A stretch of 64,000 bases of DNA from an uncultured bacterium (lineage in GTDB: Bacteria; Desulfobacterota; Binatia; HRBIN30; CADEER01), in the NCBI GenBank assembly GCA_965651925.1, contig CBFGUK010000002.1:15750-79749 (forward strand). The letters are read 5' to 3'. The translations under genes and the position numbers were made by a program. Positions 48,052 through 58,080 of the stretch are shown here, one piece after another; position 1 is the first letter of the stretch, and each line of letters begins with the position of its first letter. Under the pieces are notes generated by a model. It worked only from the letters and a program-made list of their open reading frames with translations, had not been told where the DNA came from and did no database searches.

Positions 48052-48921
48052 ATGCAACTCGGCCGGCTCGGCGTGTGGACGTTTCTCGACCTGATGACCG
48101 CCCCGGAGGCGGCGGCGTTCGTGCGCCGCGTCGAAACACTCGGCTACTCGGCGTTGTGGATCCCCGAGGCGATCGGGCGCGACCCGTTCACCCTCCTCGG
48201 CTTTCTCGCCGCCCAGACCGAGCGCCTCGTGCTCGCCACCGGCATCGCGAACATCTACGCGCGCGATCCGATGACGATGCGCGCCATCCAGCAGACGCTC
48301 GGCGAGATGGCGCCCGGCCGTTTCGTGCTCGGCCTCGGCGTGTCCCATTCGCACCTCGTCACCGGCGTGCGCGGCCACGAATACCAGAAGCCGGTGCCGG
48401 CGATGCGCGCCTACCTCCACGCCATGCACGGTGCGCTGTACCGCGCCGTCGAGCCGGCCGAGGAGGCACCGATCGTCCTCGCCGCGCTGCGTCCGGCGAT
48501 GCTGCGGCTCGCCCGCGAGGCGGCGCGCGGGGCGCATCCCTACCTCACCACGCCGGAACACACGGCACGGGCGCGGGCGCTGCTCGGGCCTGACCGCTGG
48601 CTCGCCCCCGAGCAGATGGTCATCCTCGAGACCGACGCCGCGACCGCACGCGGCGTTGCGCGCAGCACGCTGCAGATCTACCTCGGCCTGCCGAACTACC
48701 AGAACAATCTGAAGTGGCTCGGCTTCACCGACGAGGACTTGGGAAACGGCGGCAGCGATCGCCTCGTCGACGGCCTCGTCGCCTGGGGCGACGAGGCGGC
48801 GATCCGCGCCCGCATCCAGGCACACTACGACGCCGGCGCCGATCACGTCTGCATTCAGCCGCTGCGGCCCGACGGCGTGCCCGGACCCGACCTGCGGGCG
48901 CTCGAGGCCCTGGCGCCCTGA
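48052..48921 (+). CDS. LLM-class (luciferase-like) F420-dependent oxidoreductase
   Basis: TIM-barrel LLM pattern …LGYSALWIPEAIGRDPF…, …GRFVLGLGVSH…. ~290-aa size typical of the F420-dependent subgroup. GAGGAGG RBS. Confidence 0.7.
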   Translation: MQLGRLGVWTFLDLMTAPEAAAFVRRVETLGYSALWIPEAIGRDPFTLLGFLAAQTERLVLATGIANIYARDPMTMRAIQQTLGEMAPGRFVLGLGVSHSHLVTGVRGHEYQKPVPAMRAYLHAMHGALYRAVEPAEEAPIVLAALRPAMLRLAREAARGAHPYLTTPEHTARARALLGPDRWLAPEQMVILETDAATARGVARSTLQIYLGLPNYQNNLKWLGFTDEDLGNGGSDRLVDGLVAWGDEAAIRARIQAHYDAGADHVCIQPLRPDGVPGPDLRALEALAP

Positions 48922-49006
48922 GCGCGCCGGCGCTCACCGGCGCGACGAGATCGCGGCTGCGGGGCCGGCAAACGTCTGGTAGAACGCGGCGCGGAGGTAC
49001 TGCCCG

Positions 49007-49291
49007 ATGCGCCGCTCGCTTCGCCCTGCCCCGCTGCTGCGCGCCGCCGCCGTTGCGGTCGCGCTCGCCGGCTCACCGCTCGTCGCCGCCGTGCCCTGCC
49101 CGGCCGAGGTCTCCGACACCGACGTCGACGACGACGACGGCCTCGACATGCCATCGGGCGAGGTGCGCGATCCCGACGAGATCACCCCGCCCGATGCGCG
49201 TCCCGGGTCGCCGGATCAGATTCCCTTCCCCGACGCGAAACCCGGTTCACCCGACGAGATCCCGCCGCCCGACGCGCCGCTGCCGCGCTGA
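49007..49291 (+). CDS. Small secreted acidic Pro-rich protein (94 aa), hypothetical
   Basis: Signal peptide MRRSLRPAPLLRAAAVAVALAGSPLVAA. Repeated (R/K)PGSPD(Q/E)IP(F/P)PDA units. Confidence 0.35.
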   Translation: MRRSLRPAPLLRAAAVAVALAGSPLVAAVPCPAEVSDTDVDDDDGLDMPSGEVRDPDEITPPDARPGSPDQIPFPDAKPGSPDEIPPPDAPLPR

Positions 49292-49308
49292 GAGGACCGC
49301 CGCCGCGC

Positions 49309-50457
49309 CTACTGGGGACAGCCCGCGAGCGCGCTGTTCACCGCGGCGATCAGCTCGTCGATGCTGACGCTGCCGCTGCCGTCGGCATCGATTGCGGCAC
49401 AGCCGTCGAGCGTCGCCTCGCCGAGCGCGATGCGGACCGCGAGAATCAGCTCCTCGATCGTCACCGCGCCGCCGCCGTCGCAGTCGCCGCCGCAGCCCGG
49501 CGCGCCGCTCAGCATCCAGCCGATGTCGCCGAGCGCCGGCAGCGACAACCCGAGATCGTGCACGGCGACGTCGAGAAACGGCGCCATCAGCTCGGCGGGT
49601 TCCACCTCGTCGCTCCAGTGGCTCAGCGAGGCGGCGGGATCGGCGAACGCCGGGGCGTACATCTCGACGCGGCCGAGCACGTCGACGCCGTCGACCACCC
49701 CGCCGCTCGCGGCAGTCACCTGGCTGCCGTCCCACACCACGAAGCCGCGCGCACGCACGGCGCTGCGCCGCTGCGTGTCGGTCATCTCGTCGAAGCGCTG
49801 GCCGCTGCGCGTGTCGACGAGATGGCGCATGAACACATCCGGCGTGCCGGCGGCGGGCAGCTCGCCGCTGCGCACGTCGACGCGGGTGATGAACCCGAGC
49901 CCGTGCCCGAGCTCGTGCAGCGCGACGGTGACGAAGTCGCTGTCCTCGCCGGTCGGCGAGGCATCGAGCCCGTAGTACCAGCCGGCGGGGAACGGACAGG
50001 AGGTGCCGAACCCGCTGTTGAACACCGCATCGATGTCGTCCTCCTCCGGGGCGAGATCGAAGCCGGCCAGCTGATCGGCGAGCGCCGACGGATAGAACGT
50101 CGCCGCGAGCGGCGCGCCGGAGAAGTCGGCGAAGAGACTCACCGGGCTGGCGGCGCCCAGGGTCACCGAGGAGAGGCTGCACGGCAGCGGGTCGAACGCC
50201 ACCGCGACGCGGATCTCCACGGAGCTCACCAGCTGCTCGGCCCAGCGCTGCATGGCATACTCGAGCGCCAGCCGGCGCTGCTCGCCGAGGGTCAGGCCGA
50301 GGTTGCCGCCGACCGGCGCCACCGGCATCGGGTCATTGAGCCCTTCACCCGGACCGTCGCGCGACACGAGCCGCATCGTCGCCGCCTCGCCGGGCGCAGC
50401 CAGCAGGAGCACCAGCAGCGCCATCACCGCCTGCCCTCGCAGCCGGCGATCACTCAT
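49309..50457 (-). CDS. Secreted zinc metalloprotease (HExxH) with C-terminal dockerin-like module
   Basis: Signal MALLVLLLAAPGEAA. Zn motif VALHELGHGLGF. C-term CGGDCDGGGAVTIEELILAVRIALGE…DADGSGSVSIDELIAAVNSALAGCP. Confidence 0.7.
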   Translation of the reverse strand: MSDRRLRGQAVMALLVLLLAAPGEAATMRLVSRDGPGEGLNDPMPVAPVGGNLGLTLGEQRRLALEYAMQRWAEQLVSSVEIRVAVAFDPLPCSLSSVTLGAASPVSLFADFSGAPLAATFYPSALADQLAGFDLAPEEDDIDAVFNSGFGTSCPFPAGWYYGLDASPTGEDSDFVTVALHELGHGLGFITRVDVRSGELPAAGTPDVFMRHLVDTRSGQRFDEMTDTQRRSAVRARGFVVWDGSQVTAASGGVVDGVDVLGRVEMYAPAFADPAASLSHWSDEVEPAELMAPFLDVAVHDLGLSLPALGDIGWMLSGAPGCGGDCDGGGAVTIEELILAVRIALGEATLDGCAAIDADGSGSVSIDELIAAVNSALAGCPQ

Positions 50458-50743
50458 GCGTCGCCGCGTCCGACTGCGTGCAGGTATGCGACGGCCGGCC
50501 CGGTGCGCCGGCCTCGCGCTCGATGACGTGCAGCCGCCGCCCCTGCAGCGTCAGCTTCACGCCGCCGCCGGGAGCGCGCACGCGTTCAAGGCGCGGCGCC
50601 GGCTTCGCCGCGGCAGAGTCGCGGACGTCACCCGTCGCGCCGCCGTTCGTCCTCTCGTCAGACGCTCCCGCCCGCGCACCACCGGCACCACCAGCCAGCA
50701 GCACGATCATCCCCAGCCCGATCAGTCGACGCGCCCGCTTCAT
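50450..50743 (-). CDS. Small putative secreted protein (97 aa), hypothetical
   Basis: Signal-like MKRARRLIGLGMIVLLAGGAGGARA. Overlaps the downstream protease start by 8 nt. Weak. Confidence 0.3.
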   Translation of the reverse strand: MKRARRLIGLGMIVLLAGGAGGARAGASDERTNGGATGDVRDSAAAKPAPRLERVRAPGGGVKLTLQGRRLHVIEREAGAPGRPSHTCTQSDAATHE

Positions 50744-51252
50744 TGTCGGCCACCCTAGGTTGACGGCACGGCTGAGGCAAAAGCGGCGGGGCGCATGCGA
50801 GGTGCCTGATTCACGCCGTCACGATGAAGGTTGAAGAAGCTGAGGAGAATCAGGGGGGCGGGCCGCCCCGGACAGTGGGCGACCCGCCGGCTGGAAGGGG
50901 GAACAAGGAGGAAATTCCAGCTGGCGTTCTTTTACTCCACGAGCACCGACCTGTACAGATGGGGTTTGTCCTCTGTGACCTAGGTACTTACCCCTAACCC
51001 TTGCCGGGACGGCAATTTCCGGGACCGCGACCGCCGCCACGGGCACCGCAGTACCCTCGAGGCGGAGTCGCCAAGCAGCGGCACGCGCCGATCATGGAGC
51101 CAGTCAGCACGGCAACCGAAGCCGCCCCCGCCACCGCCCGTCACCTCCGAGCGGAGGGCACCACTTTTTCAAGCTGCGGAGCGCCCTTGAAACCGCCTCC
51201 CGGTGCACGCCCGCCCACGACTCCATCGCGATGGCGGCAGTGGAAGGTGCAG

Positions 51253-51339
51253 CGGAGAGGGGGGGATTCGAACCCCCGAACCCTTGCGGGTTACACGATT
51301 TCGAGTCGTGCCGTTTCAACCGGGCTCACGCACCTCTCC
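51253..51339 (-). tRNA. tRNA-Ser (anticodon CGA)
   Basis: 87-nt cloverleaf: acceptor GGAGAGG, anticodon stem CACGA/UCGUG with loop CUCGAAA, long variable arm, T-loop GGTTCGAATCC. Confidence 0.85.
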
Positions 51340-51379
51340 GTCCGGCAGGCGCCGTGTATAGCCGGGTGCGACAGGGTGC

Positions 51380-51922
<543 letters not shown>

Positions 51923-52000
51923 TCATCCTCCTGTAGTGCCGTCGGCAGCCGCGACGCGAGAACCGCGCCGGCCGAACCGTTGTGACTCCGCGCTGGCCAG

Positions 52001-53470
52001 ATGTTTCTGCTTCCCCGGCGCTCGCGGCGCGTGCTACGTACGTCGTATGAGCGGGCGCAAGTGATGTCGTGGCGATCGATGGCCGATCTCGCCAGTGACA
52101 GCTTGCGGATCCCGACCGGGACGCTGCTCCTGCGCCGCTTGCGCGTCGTGCTGCTGATCTGCGCCGCCGGAGCGATTCTGTACGCGCCGCTGCAGCTGGC
52201 GCACTGGCGCCCGGCGATGCTGCCCTCGTTCGTGCTGCATCTGCTCGGCCTGACGCTCGGGCTCGGCACGATCCACGTGCTTCTGCCGCGCTCCTGGGCG
52301 CGGCGCCACGCCTGGGCCGTGTCCACCGTCGCGGTGTCGGCAGCGTATGTCCTGGTTGCCCTCACGCGCGCGCTCTACGTCCCCGGCGATTATCACACCA
52401 CCGCGGTGCTGTTCGTCGGTGCCGCCCTGACGACCGCCTCGATCCTCCCGTGGGGCGTCGCCCTCCAAGCCGTCACCGTCGGCATCGGCACGGTGTCGCT
52501 GGTAGCTGCCGCGTATCACGTCGACGGCTCGCTCGCGGCACTGCGCGGCGATCCGGCGATCGCCGTGACTCTCGGGTTCGTCCTGTCCCTCCTCGCGGCG
52601 CGTGAGATCACGCGCTATCGCGTCGCGCATCGCCGCGAGCTGCTCGACCGCCGCCGCGCCGAGGCGGCCTATCGCCGCCTCGCGGCGCGCCTCGAGCAGC
52701 GCGTCGCGGAGCGTACGCTGGCGCTGGAGGATGCGCATGCCGCCCGGCACCGCCGCGAGGCCGAGCTCGCCCATGTGCTGCGCCAGCACACCATCGGCGA
52801 GATGGCCGCGGCGCTCGCGCACGACATCAACCAGCCGCTGTGCGCGATCGCGAACTATGCGCAGGGCGCGGTGCAGCGCCTGCGCCGCGGCGAGGTCGAT
52901 CCCGTGGCATTGCGCGAGGCGTGCGAAGCCATCGCCCAGGAGGGGCTGCGCGCCGGCGCCGTGCTGCGCGGTCTGCGCCGCCTCGTGCAACGCGAGACGA
53001 CGGTCAGTACCGGGATCGATCTCAACGCGCTCGCCGCGGAGGTCGTCCGCATCGTCACGCCGCAGGCGCACGCGTGCGGCGTGCGCGTCCGGCTCGACGC
53101 CGGTCGCGATCTGCCGCCGGTCACCGGCGACGATACGCAGATCGAGCAGGTGATGCTCAATCTCGTGCTCAACGGCGTGCAGGCGGCAGCACTGGCGCCG
53201 GGTCCGCGACGCGAGGTCGTGCTCGCCACCGCCCGCGACGGCGGCGAGGTGCGCATCAGCGTCCGCGACACCGGGGCCGGACTCTCGCCGGCGGTACGCG
53301 ACCGGCTCTTCACTCCGTTCGTCAGCACCACACCGCGCGGCCTCGGCCTCGGGCTGGCGATCAGCCGGACGATCGTCGAATCGCACGGTGGCCGCGTGTG
53401 GGCGCAGAGCCCACCGGACAGCGGCGCAACGTTCCACGTGGCGCTGCCGGCACCTGCCCCGCCCTGCTGA
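52001..53470 (+). CDS. Membrane sensor histidine kinase
   Basis: N-terminal TM region. HisKA H-box …AAALAHDINQPL…. HATPase_c N, G1, G2 boxes (…NLVLNGVQA…, …DTGAGL…, …GLGLGLAIS…). Alternative start at 52064. Confidence 0.75.
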   Translation: MFLLPRRSRRVLRTSYERAQVMSWRSMADLASDSLRIPTGTLLLRRLRVVLLICAAGAILYAPLQLAHWRPAMLPSFVLHLLGLTLGLGTIHVLLPRSWARRHAWAVSTVAVSAAYVLVALTRALYVPGDYHTTAVLFVGAALTTASILPWGVALQAVTVGIGTVSLVAAAYHVDGSLAALRGDPAIAVTLGFVLSLLAAREITRYRVAHRRELLDRRRAEAAYRRLAARLEQRVAERTLALEDAHAARHRREAELAHVLRQHTIGEMAAALAHDINQPLCAIANYAQGAVQRLRRGEVDPVALREACEAIAQEGLRAGAVLRGLRRLVQRETTVSTGIDLNALAAEVVRIVTPQAHACGVRVRLDAGRDLPPVTGDDTQIEQVMLNLVLNGVQAAALAPGPRREVVLATARDGGEVRISVRDTGAGLSPAVRDRLFTPFVSTTPRGLGLGLAISRTIVESHGGRVWAQSPPDSGATFHVALPAPAPPC

Positions 53471-53476
53471 ACCGCC

Positions 53477-54160
53477 TCAGCGCGGCAGCGCCGGCACGCC
53501 AGCGAACGAGCCGTGCGTCGCGACCAGCACGACGGCAACGACCACCGCGATCGCCAGCCGCCAGGCGCCGATCTCGTCGATCGCCAGCCGGTTGCGCCCC
53601 GCCGCAATGGCGGCGAACGGCACCACCGACGTTGCCGCCGCGAACTGCCGCCACGCCTCGCCGTATCGGCGCGCCCGCCGGGCGTCGATCGAGCGCGGGC
53701 CGAGGACCGCGAGCAGGAACAGGGTCAGGAACAGCGCCAGCGAGGCGCTGTCGCCGTTGGTCACGAGGTGCGTGGCCGCCCACAGCGCGACACCGAAGAG
53801 AAACGGATGACGCGTGATGCGCAGCACGCCGCGCACCGCGTCCGGACGCCCGAGCCGGCCCTCGCCGCCCGCCGCCGTCGGATTCGGCGTCAGCACGCCG
53901 AGCACGACGAGCATGACGGCGGCGACGTTGAGAACCAGCGCCGCCCAGCGCAGTCCCATCGGCGTCATCCACAACGACGTCCGTGGCGCGGCGGCGTACG
54001 CGAAGAGCACCGCCGCGAGCAGGACGACCTCCAGCAGCGCGAACGCCCCGCGATAGGCCGGCTCGCCGAGCGTGCGCACCAGCGGCGCGCGCAGCGGGCC
54101 GCCGGCAATCAGCAGGTGCGAGCAGAGGAAGGCGAGACAGGCGAGCACGAGCGCGGCCAT
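53477..54160 (-). CDS. NnrU-family membrane protein
   Basis: Multi-TM. Family-typical …GVLRITRHPFLFG… motif. Confidence 0.6.
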   Translation of the reverse strand: MAALVLACLAFLCSHLLIAGGPLRAPLVRTLGEPAYRGAFALLEVVLLAAVLFAYAAAPRTSLWMTPMGLRWAALVLNVAAVMLVVLGVLTPNPTAAGGEGRLGRPDAVRGVLRITRHPFLFGVALWAATHLVTNGDSASLALFLTLFLLAVLGPRSIDARRARRYGEAWRQFAAATSVVPFAAIAAGRNRLAIDEIGAWRLAIAVVVAVVLVATHGSFAGVPALPR

Positions 54161-54258
54161 GCGCGCGGCGTACTCCCGTACCGGGAGGTGCGTCAACGGC
54201 GTCGCTGCAGCCGTCGCTTTGCGCGCCGCGCGATCCGCGCTAGCGTGCGCGGCGCCTG

Positions 54259-55650
54259 ATGACCGCGCCGCCGTTCTCCGCCCTGTCCGCGATCGAGCGC
54301 GGCGCGGCACTCGCCGACCCCGGGTCGCTGCGCGTGCTCGGTGCCGAGCCGGAGTCGAGCCTCGTCACGGCGCAGGCGAGCATCGACGGACGGCGCGTGC
54401 TGCTGGCGTGCACCGACGGCCGGCAGCGCGGCGGTACGATCGGCCGCGCCGAGGCGCGTCACTTCGGCGAGCTGCTGACGCGCGCCGAACGGCGCCGCAC
54501 CGCGGTGGTGGTGTGCTGGGACACCGGTGGCGTGCGCGTGCAGGAGGGCCCGGGCGCGCTCAGTGCCGCCTCGGCAGCCGGCGTGCGGCTCGCGCGGCTC
54601 GCCCTGACCGGCACGCCGGTGGTCAGCATCGTCTCCGGGCCGCGCGGCTGCTTCGGCGCACCGTCGGTGATCGCCGCGCTCGGACACGCGACGCTGCTCG
54701 TCGACGAGGCGCTGTGGGGACTGACCGGCCCGCGGCTGCTGGAGGGCGGCGCACAGCAGGCGGAGGCGGCGCGCGACTACATGCGTGCCGCGGCGCGCTG
54801 TGCCGCCGGGCATGCCAGTGCCCTCACCGCCGATATGCCGTCCGACGTGCGCACCGCCGTCGCCGCGGCGCTCGGCGCGTCGCTCACGCGGCTCGGGCCC
54901 GCCGCCGTGGTGGCGCACTGCCTGGGCGTCACGCGCCGCCTGCTCGGCCAGCTCGATCCCCCCGAGACCGGCGCGATCGGCCTCAGCGCGCGCCAGCGCG
55001 ACTTCTTCGCCTACTCGTTCCGCGGCGAGTGGCGCACGACCGAACCGAGTGTGCGCCTCGGGCTCGTGCACGCCGCCTGGGGCGAGCTGCGTGGCACGCG
55101 GACGCTCGGCATCATCGTCGGCCCCGAGCGCTCGCCGCATGGCATCGGCGTCGCCGACGCGCACGCGGTGCTGCTCGCCGTCGAGCAGGCGATGGCGGGT
55201 TCGCCGGGCGCACCGATCGTCACGTTCCTCTTCTGCCGCGGACACGCGAGCGACCTCCGCCAGGAGCGCGCCGGGCTGCCGCGCGCCCTCGCCGAGTGCC
55301 TGCGCGGCCTGCTCGCCGCGCGGCTTGCCGGCCATCCCCTGCTCTGCGTGCTCGGCGGCGGCGCCTACGGCGCCGCGTACCTCGCCATCGCCGCGCCGAG
55401 CCACCGTGTGCTCGCGCTCCAGGGCACGCGTATCGCGCCGATGGCGCCGCGCGTGCTCGCCGCGTTTCGCGAGCTGCGCGACCTGCGCGACGCGGCGGAG
55501 ACGCCGGAGGAATTCGCCGCGGCGATGCTGCCCGACGTCCGCATCGTCGAAAGCGTCGTGCGCCTGCCCCGCGCACTCGGCGACGAGCTGAACGCCGCGC
55601 GGCAGGCACAGGAACCGCCGCGGCGGCGGCTCACCGTCGCCGGGCGCTGA
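54259..55650 (+). CDS. Two-domain carboxyltransferase (AccD/AccA-like, malonate-decarboxylase beta/gamma-like), biotin-independent type suspected
   Basis: N half …TGGVRVQEGPGAL…GPRGCFGAP…TGPRLLEGG… resembles the CT beta fold. C half …LLCVLGGGAYGAAYLA… resembles the CT alpha fold. Exact function uncertain. Confidence 0.5.
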   Translation: MTAPPFSALSAIERGAALADPGSLRVLGAEPESSLVTAQASIDGRRVLLACTDGRQRGGTIGRAEARHFGELLTRAERRRTAVVVCWDTGGVRVQEGPGALSAASAAGVRLARLALTGTPVVSIVSGPRGCFGAPSVIAALGHATLLVDEALWGLTGPRLLEGGAQQAEAARDYMRAAARCAAGHASALTADMPSDVRTAVAAALGASLTRLGPAAVVAHCLGVTRRLLGQLDPPETGAIGLSARQRDFFAYSFRGEWRTTEPSVRLGLVHAAWGELRGTRTLGIIVGPERSPHGIGVADAHAVLLAVEQAMAGSPGAPIVTFLFCRGHASDLRQERAGLPRALAECLRGLLAARLAGHPLLCVLGGGAYGAAYLAIAAPSHRVLALQGTRIAPMAPRVLAAFRELRDLRDAAETPEEFAAAMLPDVRIVESVVRLPRALGDELNAARQAQEPPRRRLTVAGR

Positions 55651-55656
55651 GCGATC

Positions 55657-56307
55657 TCAGCGCAGCGCGCGCCAGCACTGCACCGCCGCCTCGACGCCGA
55701 GTCGCGGGCTCGCCAGCACCGGCACGCCGAGGTCGCGCAGTCGCTCCGCCGCCGGCGCCATCGACGCCTGCGCGAGCACGATGACGTCTGCATCCGTTGC
55801 GGCCTGGCGCGCCGCGGCGGCGACCTGCGCGACGTAGTCCTCGAGCGCGCCGCGCTCGAACGCGGCCCAGGCGTCGGCGCACGTCTCGGTGCGCACCGTC
55901 ACCGCGCGCCCGGCCGCGCGGGCCGACGCGTGCAGCAGGGCGAGCGTCGGCTCCAGCGTGCTGGCAAGCGCCGCGACGACGGTGATGCGCTGGCCGCGGC
56001 GCACGGCGGCCTCGGCCATCGGCCGGTCGACGCGCAGCACGGGCGCGTCGGGACGCGCCGCCGCCTCGGCGGCAGCGCCGATCGTCGAGCACGTGCAGAG
56101 CACGACCCGCGCCCCGCGCCCGCGCAGCTGCTCCACGGCGGCGGCGACACGTGCCGCCAGTGCGGGCGTCACCTCGCCCGCGGCGCGTGCATCGGCGAGC
56201 AGCGCCGGCTCGACGGCATGGCACGCCGGGAGCGTGGCATCGACCGCGTCGAGCACGGCGCTGAACGCCTCGACCGGCGGTGTCGCGGTATGCAGGAAGC
56301 CGAGCAC
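55657..56307 (-). CDS. Asp/Glu/hydantoin-racemase-family protein (arylmalonate decarboxylase / maleate isomerase-like)
   Basis: Two pseudo-symmetric halves with conserved Cys (…VVLCTCSTIG…, …VIVLAQASM…). Confidence 0.55.
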   Translation of the reverse strand: MLGFLHTATPPVEAFSAVLDAVDATLPACHAVEPALLADARAAGEVTPALAARVAAAVEQLRGRGARVVLCTCSTIGAAAEAAARPDAPVLRVDRPMAEAAVRRGQRITVVAALASTLEPTLALLHASARAAGRAVTVRTETCADAWAAFERGALEDYVAQVAAAARQAATDADVIVLAQASMAPAAERLRDLGVPVLASPRLGVEAAVQCWRALR

Positions 56308-56319
56308 GGGCGCAGCACC

Positions 56320-56985
56320 TCAGCCGGCGACGCGATAGATCGGCGCGATCTGCTCCACGCCACTGACGCAGAAGCCGAGATCGCGCAGCAGCCCGTCGCC
56401 GATACCGTACACCAGGCCGTACACCGACAGCGCCGCACCGCGCCGCCACGCGTTCTGCACGACGGTGGTATGACAGACGTTCGCCACCTGCTGCGCGACG
56501 TTGAGCTCGCAGAGCCGGTCGACGCGCGCCTCGGCAGCGATCGCATCGAGCGCCGACCGGTTCGCCTGGTAGACGTCCTTGATCGCGCGCAGCCAGTTGT
56601 CGATCAGCCCGAGCTCGGCGTTGCTCATCGCGGCGCGCACCCCGCCGCAGCCGTAGTGCCCGCAGACGATGATGTGCTCGACGCGCAGGACGTCGATCGC
56701 GAACTGCAGCACGGAGAGGCAGTTGAGATCGGTATGGATGACGACGTTCGCGACATTGCGGTGCACGAACAGCTCGCCCGGCAGGAGGCCGACGATCTGA
56801 TTCGCCGGCACCCGGCTGTCCGAGCAGCCGATCCACAGGTACTTCGGAGCCTGCTGGCGCTGCAGACGGGCGAAGAAGTCCGGATCGTCCGCCGTCATCT
56901 GCGCCGCCCAGCGGCGGTTGTTCTCGAACAGCTCGGCAAGAACCGGCACGGCGGCTGTGTACTGCGCCGGCGCGCCGCGCCGCAA
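56320..56985 (-). CDS. Beta-class carbonic anhydrase
   Basis: Zn ligands in …WIGCSDSRV… and …VCGHYGCGG…. Confidence 0.85.
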   Translation of the reverse strand: MRRGAPAQYTAAVPVLAELFENNRRWAAQMTADDPDFFARLQRQQAPKYLWIGCSDSRVPANQIVGLLPGELFVHRNVANVVIHTDLNCLSVLQFAIDVLRVEHIIVCGHYGCGGVRAAMSNAELGLIDNWLRAIKDVYQANRSALDAIAAEARVDRLCELNVAQQVANVCHTTVVQNAWRRGAALSVYGLVYGIGDGLLRDLGFCVSGVEQIAPIYRVAG

Positions 56986-57029
56986 TGACCAACGGAACGC
57001 CCGCGCGCGGCGGGGCGGCGACGTGGCCG

Positions 57030-57497
57030 TCAGGGCAGCGGCAGCCGCCGGCCCGCCACCTGAATGGCGAGAAAGCCGAGGATCGCCACGAGGCCGACGA
57101 AATGATCACGGCAGATCATGCGCGCCAGTGCGCTCTGCTCGGCGGCAGAGTCCGCGCGCGTGCCGAGACGCGCCGCTCCGGGCAGCACGCGCCACAGCGC
57201 CAGGGCGGCGGGTACGGTGCACAGCACCAGGGCCAGCAGGCCGGGCGCCATCGGCAGGACGCCACGGCGGATCTCGGCGACCGTGGCGGCGATGGTCACG
57301 AGCATCACGACCGCGAGCGCGTAGCCCATCGGCAGCGCATCGGTGGTGACGCGCCGGTAGTAGGCGGCGATCGAGGCGAGCACCGGCTCGGGCAACTCGC
57401 CGCGCCGGTGCCGCAGCACCTGCACATCGAACATCAGATCGAACCACAGCACGGCGAGCAGGAAACCGCCGCCCGCGGCAGCCAGCGCACGGATCAT
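57030..57497 (-). CDS. Integral membrane protein, hypothetical (4 TM)
   Basis: 155 aa, hydrophobic segments, no recognisable motif. Confidence 0.4.
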   Translation of the reverse strand: MIRALAAAGGGFLLAVLWFDLMFDVQVLRHRRGELPEPVLASIAAYYRRVTTDALPMGYALAVVMLVTIAATVAEIRRGVLPMAPGLLALVLCTVPAALALWRVLPGAARLGTRADSAAEQSALARMICRDHFVGLVAILGFLAIQVAGRRLPLP

Positions 57498-57565
57498 CGT
57501 CGTCCCCCCGCGCGCGGCTTACCGTGTCACCCGCGGCGGGTAAACCGCGCGACGTCGCGCTCGAC

Positions 57566-58006
57566 TCAGCGCACCACGTGGCCGAGCTGCACGAGGCCGC
57601 TGAGCGTGTCCCACTCCGCCCACGCCTCGGCGATGCGGCCGCCGCTGATGCGGTAGAACGCGAGGTAATCGGCAGCCAGCACGCGTCCGCTCGCCGGGTA
57701 CGCGCCGAGCGGACCGAGCTGTGTGCCGCGGAAGTGGTGCCGCGCGGCGACGCGGTCGCCCTCGGCGATCAGGTCCTCGATGGTTTCCCGCGCGTCGGGG
57801 AACGTCAGCAGCTCGCCGCGCAGGAAGCGCTCGAGATCGGCGAGGCTGCGCACGCCGGGCTCGCCGCCTGCGGCACTGTGACGCACGAAGTCCGCTGTGA
57901 CGAGCGTCGCGAGCTGCGCCCACTGGCGCGTGTTGATTGCCGCAACGAAGGCGCGAATCAGGGCCTTGTTCGCCTCGAGGTCAGCAGCCGCCATGTCTCG
58001 ACTCAC
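57566..58006 (-). CDS. SnoaL-like / NTF2-fold protein (ester cyclase-like)
   Basis: …NKALIRAFVAAINTRQWAQLATLVTADFVRHS… pattern typical of SnoaL-like polyketide-cyclase fold. Confidence 0.6.
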   Translation of the reverse strand: MSRDMAAADLEANKALIRAFVAAINTRQWAQLATLVTADFVRHSAAGGEPGVRSLADLERFLRGELLTFPDARETIEDLIAEGDRVAARHHFRGTQLGPLGAYPASGRVLAADYLAFYRISGGRIAEAWAEWDTLSGLVQLGHVVR

Positions 58007-58080
58007 CGCATGTGTTGTTCCGGACGTGGCGTCTTTAGCGCCGTGGCGATGTGTCTTCCGAGAGCACGTTCAAGGGTCGC

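Noticed and set aside
50760-51252. Possible tmRNA / RNase P RNA / 6S RNA in the low-GC tract next to tRNA-Ser
   Set aside because: Could not find the tmRNA tRNA-like 3' end or tag ORF, the RNase P GGAAAGUCCGG P4 motif, or a 6S-like bubble by eye. Kept only as an unexplained compositional island in findings.
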